Source: Candidatus Omnitrophota bacterium
GTDB taxonomy: Bacteria; Omnitrophota; Gorgyraeia; Gygaellales; Profunditerraquicolaceae
Assembly: GCA_022710715.1 (NCBI GenBank)
Contig: JAKLGJ010000002.1
Coordinates: 81,977-145,976 of the forward strand
DNA length: 64,000 bases
Reading direction: 5' to 3'
This document shows, piece after piece, positions 26,913-34,553 of this stretch; position 1 is the first letter of the stretch, and each line of letters begins with the position of its first letter. Made by a program: the position numbers and the translations under genes. Below the pieces are notes generated by a model. That model made no database searches. It was not told the DNA's origin and saw only the letters and a list, made by a program, of their open reading frames with translations.

Positions 26913-29272
26913 CGCCGCGTCCTTTCTAAGATAATCCGCTGTTTGTTCTTCTTGGCCAGCGATTCAAAAAAACGTTTGAATTCCGCATATTCGGCCCGCA
27001 TGACCTTGTCTTTTTTCATTTCGACCGTCTGTTTAAAGCGAATCCGGCTGCCCGTGTGGTCGCAGGTGGCGGTAAACTTCATCCAGGGCGAATCTTCATA
27101 AACCGGCTCGGGCAGGAAAAATGGTTTGTATCCCGCCGGAAGCGCAATGGTATACTCGATCAGCCGTTGTTCGAGGAAACCAAAATCGATGGGATACCGA
27201 CGCAGATCCTTGGCTACCAACGTTTTATCCAGCACTGCCAGCTGCGGCGCGATGCGGAACGCGCCGGAAGCGATCAGGAATTCCGGTCCGCTGAAATCGT
27301 AACGCAGTACAACCGGCTTCTGCAACAACTCCAGGTTTAAAGCATCGTACCGGCTCGCGCGCGCGCCGATGGAAAGATCCTGCAGGTTGGAATTGATGGT
27401 ATCCTGGACTTCTTCGGGCATGGAATAGAGCAGCCAGTAACGTTGCGATTGATCGAAGATACCCTTGGTGATCACGGTTTTCTCCCCCGTGATCGTCTCA
27501 TCGGGTTGCATGCGGATGGTTACTGCCACAGAGGCCTGATTGTGTTCAGGCGGGAAGAGCGGCGTTGTCTCGATGGCAAAACCGTTCTCCTTGATCACCA
27601 GCACATGGCGATTCTGATCTCCGTCGGGTAGATCGCCGAACGCGCAGGTTTCCGCGGTCGGATCCACGAATACCGGTTTGCCGTCAAGCTCAACCGCGGC
27701 GATGGCGTGGTTGAACATCATCGAGGGAAAATCCGGCTGGAGATCGAAAATGTCCCTCGTGGGAATGAGCACCGGCCAGGCGGTGAGTCCTGCTTCGCGC
27801 ATCATGGTTACCAGGAGAATAGCCTGATCTTTACAATCGCCGTATTTGTTCTTAAAAATATCTGCCGCCTGATGCGGCTCATAGCCGGCCTGGCCGTATT
27901 CTACGGCGACATAGCGGATCTTCTGGGCGCAGAAAGCATGGACCGCCTGGGCTTTGGCCAGCGGCGTAGCCGCCGCTGCGGTCAACTCTCTGACTTTCGA
28001 CTTGATCGCCGCGTCCGCGGCGATCTTCTCCCTGGCCAACGGCCACCACCAATCGTAGATGGACTGCCAGTCTTTAAAAGACGAAACGCTGAATGCCGGA
28101 TTGATCTCAACCACCGGCGGCATCTTGGATTCGGGAACAATCTGCGGAACATCCCTGAATTCCCACTGGTAAAGGCGGGCAGCGGGCTCTTCGGTGACCC
28201 GGGCCTGAAGGTTGGCGCCGAAATCATTATAGTCCGGGTTATACTTCTTGATATTCACCTGCCTGTCCCGGGGAGTCTGGAGGGTAAACCGCTGATAGAT
28301 CACCGGTTCCGAAGATTGCACGGTATACGGGATGACAAAATCATTTTTGTTGACCAGCTGGTAATGATGAATCCGCGCTTTGTATTCGATGGTGGCGCCT
28401 TCGACGATTTCCGGGAAAGAAATCAGCAGGACCCTGGCGTTGCTGTAGAGAGGAAAGTTGAGATACTTGGAAACGTCCCGGATATGGCGGCTGCCGACAT
28501 CCACGACCGTTCCATCCGGCTTGATCGTCCGGGCATACTCGACTTCCACTTTCTCGTCGGTGGAATCGTACTCGATCGGCATCTCGGCAAATCGCTCTTT
28601 CCCGCGCTCGTTAAGGATCTGGATCACAAAATGCATGGTCGTCAACGCTTTATTATCCGCGGTGATCTCTTCTTTCTCGTCCGCGAATAAAACCAGCGCG
28701 CCTGCCTGGGGATACCGGCTGGCCGGCGGTGCGGCGGCCAGGATTGCGGCAACCTGCGGGTCGATATCCCTGATCTGTACCGGAGTATGTTCTTTCCGGA
28801 TCTCCTGCTCCCGTTCGCGGGCAAGCCGGGCATAGTCTCCGGAACGGATCAATGCGTACTGTTGAAGCGCCTGATCAAAAAGATTGAGCTTCTCCTCGGT
28901 CAACCCGCGATAATACCGATAATCCGCGTTCTGCGATTCCCCGCCTTTGAACACTTCCAGCGCATCGGTATACCTGCCCAGGTGGAACAACGAGATACCC
29001 TGCAGCGTGCGCGCTTCCGGCAGGGCCGACTTGCCGAATTCCTCGACCGCACGCGCATATTCTCCTTTATCGAATAAAAGCTTGCCCAGCTCCAGGCGCA
29101 CCGAAGCGGAATCCCCGCCGCTGCGCAGAACGTTCTCATAGTCCCTGACTGCCGCGGCATAGTAATCGGCTGATTTTGCCGCGGCGGTGCGGGCCTGCTC
29201 AAGCGCATCCTTCTGCTGACATCCGGATAAACAGGCGCAGACGCACAGCGCCACTGCCGCGATCTTTCTCAT
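26909..29272 (-). CDS. TPR-repeat lipoprotein with DUF3857-like and transglutaminase-like cysteine-protease domains
   Basis: Lipobox (ACLSGC), N-terminal TPR-like helical repeats, transglutaminase core YGDCKDQAILLVTMMREAGL with downstream His/Asp; 787 aa. Confidence 0.65.
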   Translation of the reverse strand: MRKIAAVALCVCACLSGCQQKDALEQARTAAAKSADYYAAAVRDYENVLRSGGDSASVRLELGKLLFDKGEYARAVEEFGKSALPEARTLQGISLFHLGRYTDALEVFKGGESQNADYRYYRGLTEEKLNLFDQALQQYALIRSGDYARLAREREQEIRKEHTPVQIRDIDPQVAAILAAAPPASRYPQAGALVLFADEKEEITADNKALTTMHFVIQILNERGKERFAEMPIEYDSTDEKVEVEYARTIKPDGTVVDVGSRHIRDVSKYLNFPLYSNARVLLISFPEIVEGATIEYKARIHHYQLVNKNDFVIPYTVQSSEPVIYQRFTLQTPRDRQVNIKKYNPDYNDFGANLQARVTEEPAARLYQWEFRDVPQIVPESKMPPVVEINPAFSVSSFKDWQSIYDWWWPLAREKIAADAAIKSKVRELTAAAATPLAKAQAVHAFCAQKIRYVAVEYGQAGYEPHQAADIFKNKYGDCKDQAILLVTMMREAGLTAWPVLIPTRDIFDLQPDFPSMMFNHAIAAVELDGKPVFVDPTAETCAFGDLPDGDQNRHVLVIKENGFAIETTPLFPPEHNQASVAVTIRMQPDETITGEKTVITKGIFDQSQRYWLLYSMPEEVQDTINSNLQDLSIGARASRYDALNLELLQKPVVLRYDFSGPEFLIASGAFRIAPQLAVLDKTLVAKDLRRYPIDFGFLEQRLIEYTIALPAGYKPFFLPEPVYEDSPWMKFTATCDHTGSRIRFKQTVEMKKDKVMRAEYAEFKRFFESLAKKNKQRIILERTRR

Positions 29273-30090
29273 AAAGCCTCCAGTTCAACAATATGGTCGA
29301 TTTTGAACGTGCGTTCTTCATTGCGCAGACAACAGAACCCTACCAGATAGACTCCCCTGTCCTGGCGTCTGATCTCGCGGGGAATTACTTCTCGCCGGGT
29401 CATCTGGGCATCGGTTGTCGAAAGATATTTTATCCTAAGTCTGGCGCCCAAGTCAATCGCTTCCTGGATCTCTGCTATTTTCTGATTCTGGACATCCTCA
29501 AGAGCGCTGAAGTTCAGGCTGAATAAACGCAGGAAGGTTTTAAAATCATGTATCCCTTTTTCCCGCAGCATGCCGGCCAACCGCATAAAAACCGCCCAGG
29601 TCAACTCAACATCGGAAAGCGCGCGGTGCTTTTGCTCGGCGGAAAAACCCAGATGCTGCGCCACAAACCATAAGGCGTGCCGGGGAAGCCCGGGGAGCAA
29701 TCGACGGGACATGGTGAGAATATCCACTGCCGGACGATCGGCAAGCGGCTGTTTGCCGATAAGGCGCAGTTCGCTGTTAAGAAACCCCAGGTCAAAGGGC
29801 ATATTATAGGAACAGATACAACTCTCTTTCACAAAATCGAGGAACCCCGGCATCGCCTCTTCTATCGGCGGCGCGTCGCGCAGCATCTCCTGCGATATCC
29901 GGTTTACCGCGAATGCGCCGGGAGAAACTTCGCGCCGGGGATTGACCAGCGTCTGAAAAGTGGCGAGTTTCTGCGTGCCCCGGCACTTCAAAGCCGCCAG
30001 TTCGATCACCCGGTCCCCGCAGGCCGGATTCAAACCGGTGGTCTCGGTATCCACAATGGCGAACTCGACATCCTCAATGGCGCGGTGCAT
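29269..30090 (-). CDS. DEDD-family 3'-5' exonuclease (DnaQ/epsilon-like) with C-terminal WYL-like domain
   Basis: Exo I FAIVDTETTGL, Exo II/III with HxAxxD (HRALSDVE). C-terminal ...RREVIPREIRRQDRGVYLVGFCCLRNEERTFKIDHI fits the WYL-domain pattern (R...P..l...g.WYL.g.c....e.R.FrldRI). Start taken at the internal Met; the track ORF's 5' end overlaps the next gene. Confidence 0.7.
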   Translation of the reverse strand: MHRAIEDVEFAIVDTETTGLNPACGDRVIELAALKCRGTQKLATFQTLVNPRREVSPGAFAVNRISQEMLRDAPPIEEAMPGFLDFVKESCICSYNMPFDLGFLNSELRLIGKQPLADRPAVDILTMSRRLLPGLPRHALWFVAQHLGFSAEQKHRALSDVELTWAVFMRLAGMLREKGIHDFKTFLRLFSLNFSALEDVQNQKIAEIQEAIDLGARLRIKYLSTTDAQMTRREVIPREIRRQDRGVYLVGFCCLRNEERTFKIDHIVELEAL

Positions 30091-31000
30091 CACTGCTATC
30101 CTTTCTTCTCTGGACGATATAACTGGGAACCAGCCGTACCGGACGGTAGGAAAGTTTGACCTTCTTAAGGTTCTCCAGGCCCGAATCATCCATGGCATTG
30201 ATGAAAGCGTGCTCGCCGAGATCCCGGCTGAACCGCTGAAAGATAAACTGGCTTAAGCCTTTGACCGACAGATCGGCGACCTCATACAGTATACAGAATA
30301 TGTCCGGATTAAGTTTGTATCCGCAGGTAAAGGCTTTGACCTGCCGATCCACGGTAACCACGCGGCCCTCTATATCCAGGGCGTCGTAATGCGCGAATAC
30401 CGTTTCCAGCGTCTTGAGCGTATCCTGCAGCATCCCGCAATACACATGGTCCGGCGTCTGCCGGCTGCGTTGATCCATCCAGGAGCGGTAAAGCGCCAGG
30501 CAGGCGGCGGCCTGCTGACGGCGCAGCCGCTGATAAACAAAACGATACTGCCGGGTAAAGTAATTAACGCTGGCGCGTTTGGATTTAAAAGCATCTCCTT
30601 TTAGCTGCGCCAGTGAGGAGCGGGTATACAGATAATCATACGATTTAAAAACCGACTCCAGCCCGAAGCTGCGCAACCGTTCAAGGGCGGGCTCTTCTAC
30701 ATTCTCGATGCGGGACACGGTTTTATTCCGGTTGAAACGGTCCATGATCGAGAACGCCTTCTCCACGATGCGCGGAGTCGCTTCCCGGCCCAGAGGAGGA
30801 AGATAGAGAAAACACCCCAGGGAATCTTTAAAAAAGACACACAGGCTGCCGTCAATGAGCGTCCAGCGAATATCGTAGAGCGGCGTCCAGTTGTAGATGG
30901 AGGCAAAGGAATAAACCGCCAGTTCATGTTCCCGGCAGCGCAGGAATCGCTCGAACAGTTTTTTATCGGCCAGCTGCAGAGGATTAAGGTCGGCTCTCAT
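30074..31000 (-). CDS. DUF2156-like protein (aminoacyl-phosphatidylglycerol synthase C-domain-like / GNAT-fold)
   Basis: 308 aa soluble protein; the resemblance to the MprF C-terminal DUF2156 family is from memory only, so low confidence. Confidence 0.35.
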   Translation of the reverse strand: MRADLNPLQLADKKLFERFLRCREHELAVYSFASIYNWTPLYDIRWTLIDGSLCVFFKDSLGCFLYLPPLGREATPRIVEKAFSIMDRFNRNKTVSRIENVEEPALERLRSFGLESVFKSYDYLYTRSSLAQLKGDAFKSKRASVNYFTRQYRFVYQRLRRQQAAACLALYRSWMDQRSRQTPDHVYCGMLQDTLKTLETVFAHYDALDIEGRVVTVDRQVKAFTCGYKLNPDIFCILYEVADLSVKGLSQFIFQRFSRDLGEHAFINAMDDSGLENLKKVKLSYRPVRLVPSYIVQRRKDSSDAPRH

Positions 31001-31017
31001 GGGCGGGCTTTCTTTAT

Positions 31018-31506
31018 TTAAAACGCGAGTTCCCGCAGATTGGTGACGCCTTCGTAGGTCTGGATCATCTGCGGGTTATCCTTTATTTGCTGACGGACCA
31101 GCGGTTGCTCCAGATACTGTTGCAGAGCATCCAGATATTCGGCCAGGGAACCGCTCTGCTGATGCCGGTGGGCATACGGACAGTGCAGATCAAGGCTCAA
31201 GAAAACGCTCTTGCCGCAGCGATTGAGCAGAAACGGATAGAGTTGACATTCGAAAGGACGCTGGCCGTATATCCGGCAGGCGGTATCCGCAACCCGCAGA
31301 TACCGGCAATACCATATGTCCGCCGCATCATCCCGCACCAGCGGGATCTTCGATCCGATGATACCCAGACGGTCCTGTTCCGCCGCCAGAAGCGCTGGCG
31401 ACCAGGGAGAATCCTGCGCCTGGAAACGGCAACACCCCTGACACTGCATGCAGACGCCGGCCGGGATCAATTGTTTGAGCGATACTGATGCGCCGGGGCC
31501 TGTCAT
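31018..31506 (-). CDS. YkgJ-family Fe-S/zinc cluster protein (CxxCxxCC)
   Basis: CMQCQGCCR motif near the N-terminus plus downstream Cys residues typical of the UPF0153/YkgJ family; 162 aa. Confidence 0.6.
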   Translation of the reverse strand: MTGPGASVSLKQLIPAGVCMQCQGCCRFQAQDSPWSPALLAAEQDRLGIIGSKIPLVRDDAADIWYCRYLRVADTACRIYGQRPFECQLYPFLLNRCGKSVFLSLDLHCPYAHRHQQSGSLAEYLDALQQYLEQPLVRQQIKDNPQMIQTYEGVTNLRELAF

Positions 31507-31823
31507 TTGACGATGCTGCCGGTCTTAACCTGCTTGTCCGGAGACAGAACCGCCAGCGCCAGATCGTCTTGAGACGCCAGCAGCATCCCCTGGCTTTCTA
31601 CTCCCCGCAGCAGGGCGGGAGTGAGATTATCCACTATCACGATCAATTTCCCTACCAGCTCTTCTTTGGCATACGCCCGCTTGATCCCGGCAACGATCTG
31701 TTTGGTCGTTTCCCCTACTTCGACCTGCAGCACATACAGCTTATCGGCATTGGGATGGTCATTGACCTCCTTGATCCGGGCGATCTTCAATTCCACTTTC
31801 TTAAAATCCTCTATGGTAATCAT
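31503..31823 (-). CDS. tRNA-binding protein (Trbp111/CsaA family, OB-fold)
   Basis: MITIEDFKKVELKIARIKEVNDHPNADKLYVLQVEVGE...GIKRAY...LIVIVDNLTPALLRGVESQGMLLAS aligns to the MetRS C-terminal / Trbp111 tRNA-binding domain. AGGAG SD 5 nt upstream of the ATG lies within the repeat element. Confidence 0.8.
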   Translation of the reverse strand: MITIEDFKKVELKIARIKEVNDHPNADKLYVLQVEVGETTKQIVAGIKRAYAKEELVGKLIVIVDNLTPALLRGVESQGMLLASQDDLALAVLSPDKQVKTGSIVK

Positions 31824-31828
31824 ACGTT

Positions 31829-31992
31829 CTCCTTGCCTACAGAGGCAATACCCGCGCAATTCCGATCTGCGCGGGGTATACACGCAGAGGCAATACCCGC
31901 GCAATTCTCCCCGACAAAGGGGATGCCGGCCTCTTCCGATCAGGGCCGGGCACGATCTGCGCGGGGTATACACGCAGAGGCAATACCCGCGC
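31829..31992. repeat. tandem palindromic leader repeat (copy B, about 2.5 units); the same 77-nt element occurs at 41200..41276
   Basis: 31829..31905 is a near-perfect copy of 41200..41276 (TCCTTGCCTACAGAGGCAATACCCGCGCAATTCCGATCTGCGCGGGGTATACACGCAGAGGCAATACCCGCGCAATT). An extra partial unit lies at 31953..31992. Each unit contains the inverted repeat ATACCCGCGCA...TGCGCGGGGTAT. Confidence 0.85.
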
Positions 31993-32079
31993 GCTTTGAC
32001 CACGCAAGTATACCTGCGGATGAAAAAAGCGCCCTAAGCCGCTGGCGCGTCCGGTACCGCACTAACCGCACATCAACCT

Positions 32080-33018
32080 CTAATCCTTCCTTCTATCCTT
32101 TACATAAACGCTTCCGCCGAGGCTCTTGGCGTAATGTTTGAGCTCTGCGGCGATCTGCCCGATCTGGCCCACATGGGAAAACATCCGTAACTCGTTGGAT
32201 AATACGGCGATGGAAACGCCCAGAAGCGGCGTTTTGCTTATTTCTCCCTGGCGGTTTTTCGCTACAATGAAACCGCGCTGGATATCCTCCGGCGAGTAAA
32301 AAACCTGCTTGCCCTTTTCGAAATCATCGACGATCTGCTTGGAGACGTCTTCCCACCGGTCGACCGTGGTAATAAAAATAAAATCGTCGCCGCCGATATG
32401 CCCGAGAAAATCGTTGGGCTCGCCCTGTTCTTTCAACGCCTTCATGATCACCTCGGCGGTGAACACAATCACTTTATCCCCCATCTCGAAGCCGTGCAGG
32501 TCGTTGAACTCCTTGAATTTATTCAGATCAACATATCCCACGGCAAACAGACTCTGGGATTTTAAACGCACTTCCATCTCTTTAAACAGAGAAATGTTTC
32601 CGGGCAGCTTGGTCAGGGGGTTAGCGTCGAGATCCCGGGTCATGCGCACGAAAGAAGCTTTCACGCGGGCCAGGAATTCCGCGGGGTCAAAGGGCCGCTC
32701 CACATAATCATCCGCGCCGGCGTAAATACCCTTGATCTTGGCCATGGAATCCTTGGTATCCATGAGCAGAATAATGCTGGTATGGCGCAGCTTGAAATTT
32801 CCGCGGATATGTTTGCAGATCTCGATACCGCTGATGCCCGGGCAGGAGAAATCGGTAATCACCAGCTCAAAACCCACCCTTTCCATGATCGCAAAAGCCT
32901 CGGTCTGGGAATGGCAGGGCGTGACCTGGTACCCCTCCCCCATCAGCAGAGCGGTAATGAATTCTTCCGACTGCGTGTCGCCTATAATCAAGAGAATATT
33001 ATTTTCAGTCGAGCTCAT
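32080..33018 (-). CDS. response regulator with GGDEF (diguanylate cyclase-like) output domain; degenerate GGDDF motif
   Basis: REC domain (phospho-acceptor region [13 protein letters not shown], conserved K-P region) followed by a GGDEF domain with RxGGDDF ([12 protein letters not shown]) and conserved upstream D/N residues. Confidence 0.8.
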   Translation of the reverse strand: MSSTENNILLIIGDTQSEEFITALLMGEGYQVTPCHSQTEAFAIMERVGFELVITDFSCPGISGIEICKHIRGNFKLRHTSIILLMDTKDSMAKIKGIYAGADDYVERPFDPAEFLARVKASFVRMTRDLDANPLTKLPGNISLFKEMEVRLKSQSLFAVGYVDLNKFKEFNDLHGFEMGDKVIVFTAEVIMKALKEQGEPNDFLGHIGGDDFIFITTVDRWEDVSKQIVDDFEKGKQVFYSPEDIQRGFIVAKNRQGEISKTPLLGVSIAVLSNELRMFSHVGQIGQIAAELKHYAKSLGGSVYVKDRRKD

Positions 33019-33027
33019 CGTTGATCT

Positions 33028-33639
33028 TTATTTCAGGGAATCCAGGATGTTCTTGCAGGATTCCTTGACTTTAACCATGGCCTGGTCATTAAGGATCAGG
33101 AAAAACTTTCCATTGATCTTCTCCGTGGGCTCCTTGAATTCCGCCTCCACCAGGAGAATATAAGCCTCGCGGTTGTAGGTGGAGACCACCATGGCCAGGA
33201 CTTGCTGCAGCGACCCGCTGACCAGCGTCGGGATGGAGGGGATAACGATCGTCTTGAGGATCATGCTTAGCGCCCCGACATAGGAAGAAATGATGATGTT
33301 GCCGACTTCTTTGATAATCGACAGCCCCATCTCGGTGAAGAGTCCGCTTTTGCGTTCATCGGGATGGTCCCGGTAACACATATCGATCAGCTTGAAAGCG
33401 CTCTTTTCGTCGAGAACAAAGATGATCTCGCCTTTAAGACCGCTTAAGATATTACAGGTGACGCTCAAAACAATCTGACTGGTTTCAATCTCACTCAAGG
33501 CTTGCTGGGCAGGAACGATGCTCAAGGCAGGAAGTTCAAGGTTCAGCTTGCGTCCCAGCATTTCGGATAACGCCATGCTTCCGTGACCGGCGGCGATACT
33601 GCTGACTTCACGCAGGATATCCATCTCGTCTCTCATCAT
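33028..33639 (-). CDS. CheC/CheX-family chemotaxis phosphatase-like protein
   Basis: Two CheC-type segments (LREVSSIAAGHGSMALSEMLGRKLNLELP and IKEVGNIIISSYVGALSMIL) matching the E-x2-N-x22-P consensus; 203 aa. Immediately upstream of the REC-GGDEF gene. Confidence 0.6.
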   Translation of the reverse strand: MMRDEMDILREVSSIAAGHGSMALSEMLGRKLNLELPALSIVPAQQALSEIETSQIVLSVTCNILSGLKGEIIFVLDEKSAFKLIDMCYRDHPDERKSGLFTEMGLSIIKEVGNIIISSYVGALSMILKTIVIPSIPTLVSGSLQQVLAMVVSTYNREAYILLVEAEFKEPTEKINGKFFLILNDQAMVKVKESCKNILDSLK

Positions 33640-33792
33640 CGCTCCTTGTTAAACTCGGGTTAACAGCCCCGGATCGAGACTGCCAAAACGCCATGGTACC
33701 GTTTGCAAGTGCCTGTTATACGTATATTAAGGTAACACAAGAGGAAAGCGAAGGCAAGAGATTTATGGACTGATTTTCCGGGTGGGAATTAA

Positions 33793-33868
33793 CGGGGTCG
33801 ACGAGATTTGAACTCGCGATCTTCGCCGTGACAGGGCGACGTGTTGAACCAGGCTACACTACGACCCC
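33793..33868 (-). tRNA. tRNA-Asp (anticodon GTC)
   Basis: Minus strand folds as GGGGTCG/TA/D-arm/anticodon stem TCGCC-loop CTGTCAC-GGCGA/T-arm GTTCAAATC/CGACCCC+G. No encoded CCA. Confidence 0.85.
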
Positions 33869-33952
33869 ACGATAAGAGGTATAATTGTAAGTCAAAAATG
33901 GCTTTGTGGCAATATATTTTTTCCCCGCTCCGCCTGCGGGGAGAAAATTCAA

Positions 33953-34026
33953 TGGGCGCTAGAGGACTTGAACCCCTGACCCTCTGCGTGTAAAGCAGAT
34001 GCTCTAACCAGCTGAGCTAAGCGCCC
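33953..34026 (-). tRNA. tRNA-Val (anticodon TAC)
   Basis: Minus strand: GGGCGCT TA GCTCAGCTGGTTAGAGC A TCTGC TTTACAC GCAGA GGGTC AGGGGTTCAAGTCCTCT AGCGCCC A. Canonical cloverleaf with T-loop TTCAAGT. Confidence 0.85.
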
Positions 34027-34084
34027 GAGGATTCCTTGGCGTAGGACAAACTATAGCATAAAACGTCGGGGTTTTCAACCTCGG

Positions 34085-34543
34085 CTACGCGCCGGCGAGT
34101 TTACCCAGGATGCCCAGGGTAAAGGCCATCACGAACAGGGCCACGGTCTCGGTCATGCCCAGCACAACGATATAGTTGCCGAACCCTTTGCCGGTCTCTC
34201 CCATCGCGTCGCAGGCCGAAGCCGCGCATTTTCCCTGCCAGTACGCGGATAAACCGATGGCCGCGCCGGCAAAAGCGCCGATGCCCCAGAGATACTGCCC
34301 CCTGGCTGCCAACTCGTACATCTTGTTCATCACGATCATGCCGTAAATGGTCTGGGTCAGCGGCGCGCCCACAAAAGCCACCAGCATGAATGACGCGGCT
34401 TTGTTTTGCGCGAAACTCTTCTTCCAGGCGCCGATAGCGGCCATGCCGGCAATGCCTGCTCCGGAAGCCGACCCCAGCGCAGCCAGAGCCAGCACCATCC
34501 CTATGCCCAGATCTTTGAACTGCATCAATACTCCCGATTCCAT
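34085..34543 (-). CDS. atpK: V-type ATP synthase subunit K (proteolipid c-ring subunit)
   Basis: Start at internal Met (MESGVLMQ...) with AAGGAGG SD 5 nt upstream. Gly/Ala-rich double-hairpin TM protein with the conserved carboxylate (Glu in ...GMTETVALF); 152 aa. Confidence 0.85.
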   Translation of the reverse strand: MESGVLMQFKDLGIGMVLALAALGSASGAGIAGMAAIGAWKKSFAQNKAASFMLVAFVGAPLTQTIYGMIVMNKMYELAARGQYLWGIGAFAGAAIGLSAYWQGKCAASACDAMGETGKGFGNYIVVLGMTETVALFVMAFTLGILGKLAGA

Positions 34544-34553
34544 GCCTGCCTCC

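Noticed and set aside
29269-30198. 309-aa track ORF for the exonuclease
   Set aside because: The first 36 codons overlap the 3' end of the DUF2156-like gene. The DnaQ Exo I motif begins right after the internal Met at 30090, so the shorter start is preferred.
31829-31992. Possible CRISPR array suggested by repeated ~45-nt units
   Set aside because: Only 2-3 units. The units are themselves palindromic and contiguous, without unique spacers of regular length. An identical block lies in another gene's leader at 41200..41276. It behaves like a leader or REP-type element, not a CRISPR array.
33917-33945. GC hairpin CCCCGC-TCCGCC-TGCGGGG downstream of tRNA-Val as an intrinsic terminator
   Set aside because: On the transcribed (minus) strand the stem is followed by an A-run rather than a U-run. 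On the plus strand the T-run precedes the stem. It does not fit a canonical terminator.
33793-34026. tRNA-Asp/tRNA-Val pair as a possible genomic-island integration site
   Set aside because: No integrase, direct-repeat duplication of a tRNA 3' end, or cargo genes are present. Flanks are V-ATPase and CheC-like genes with normal composition.
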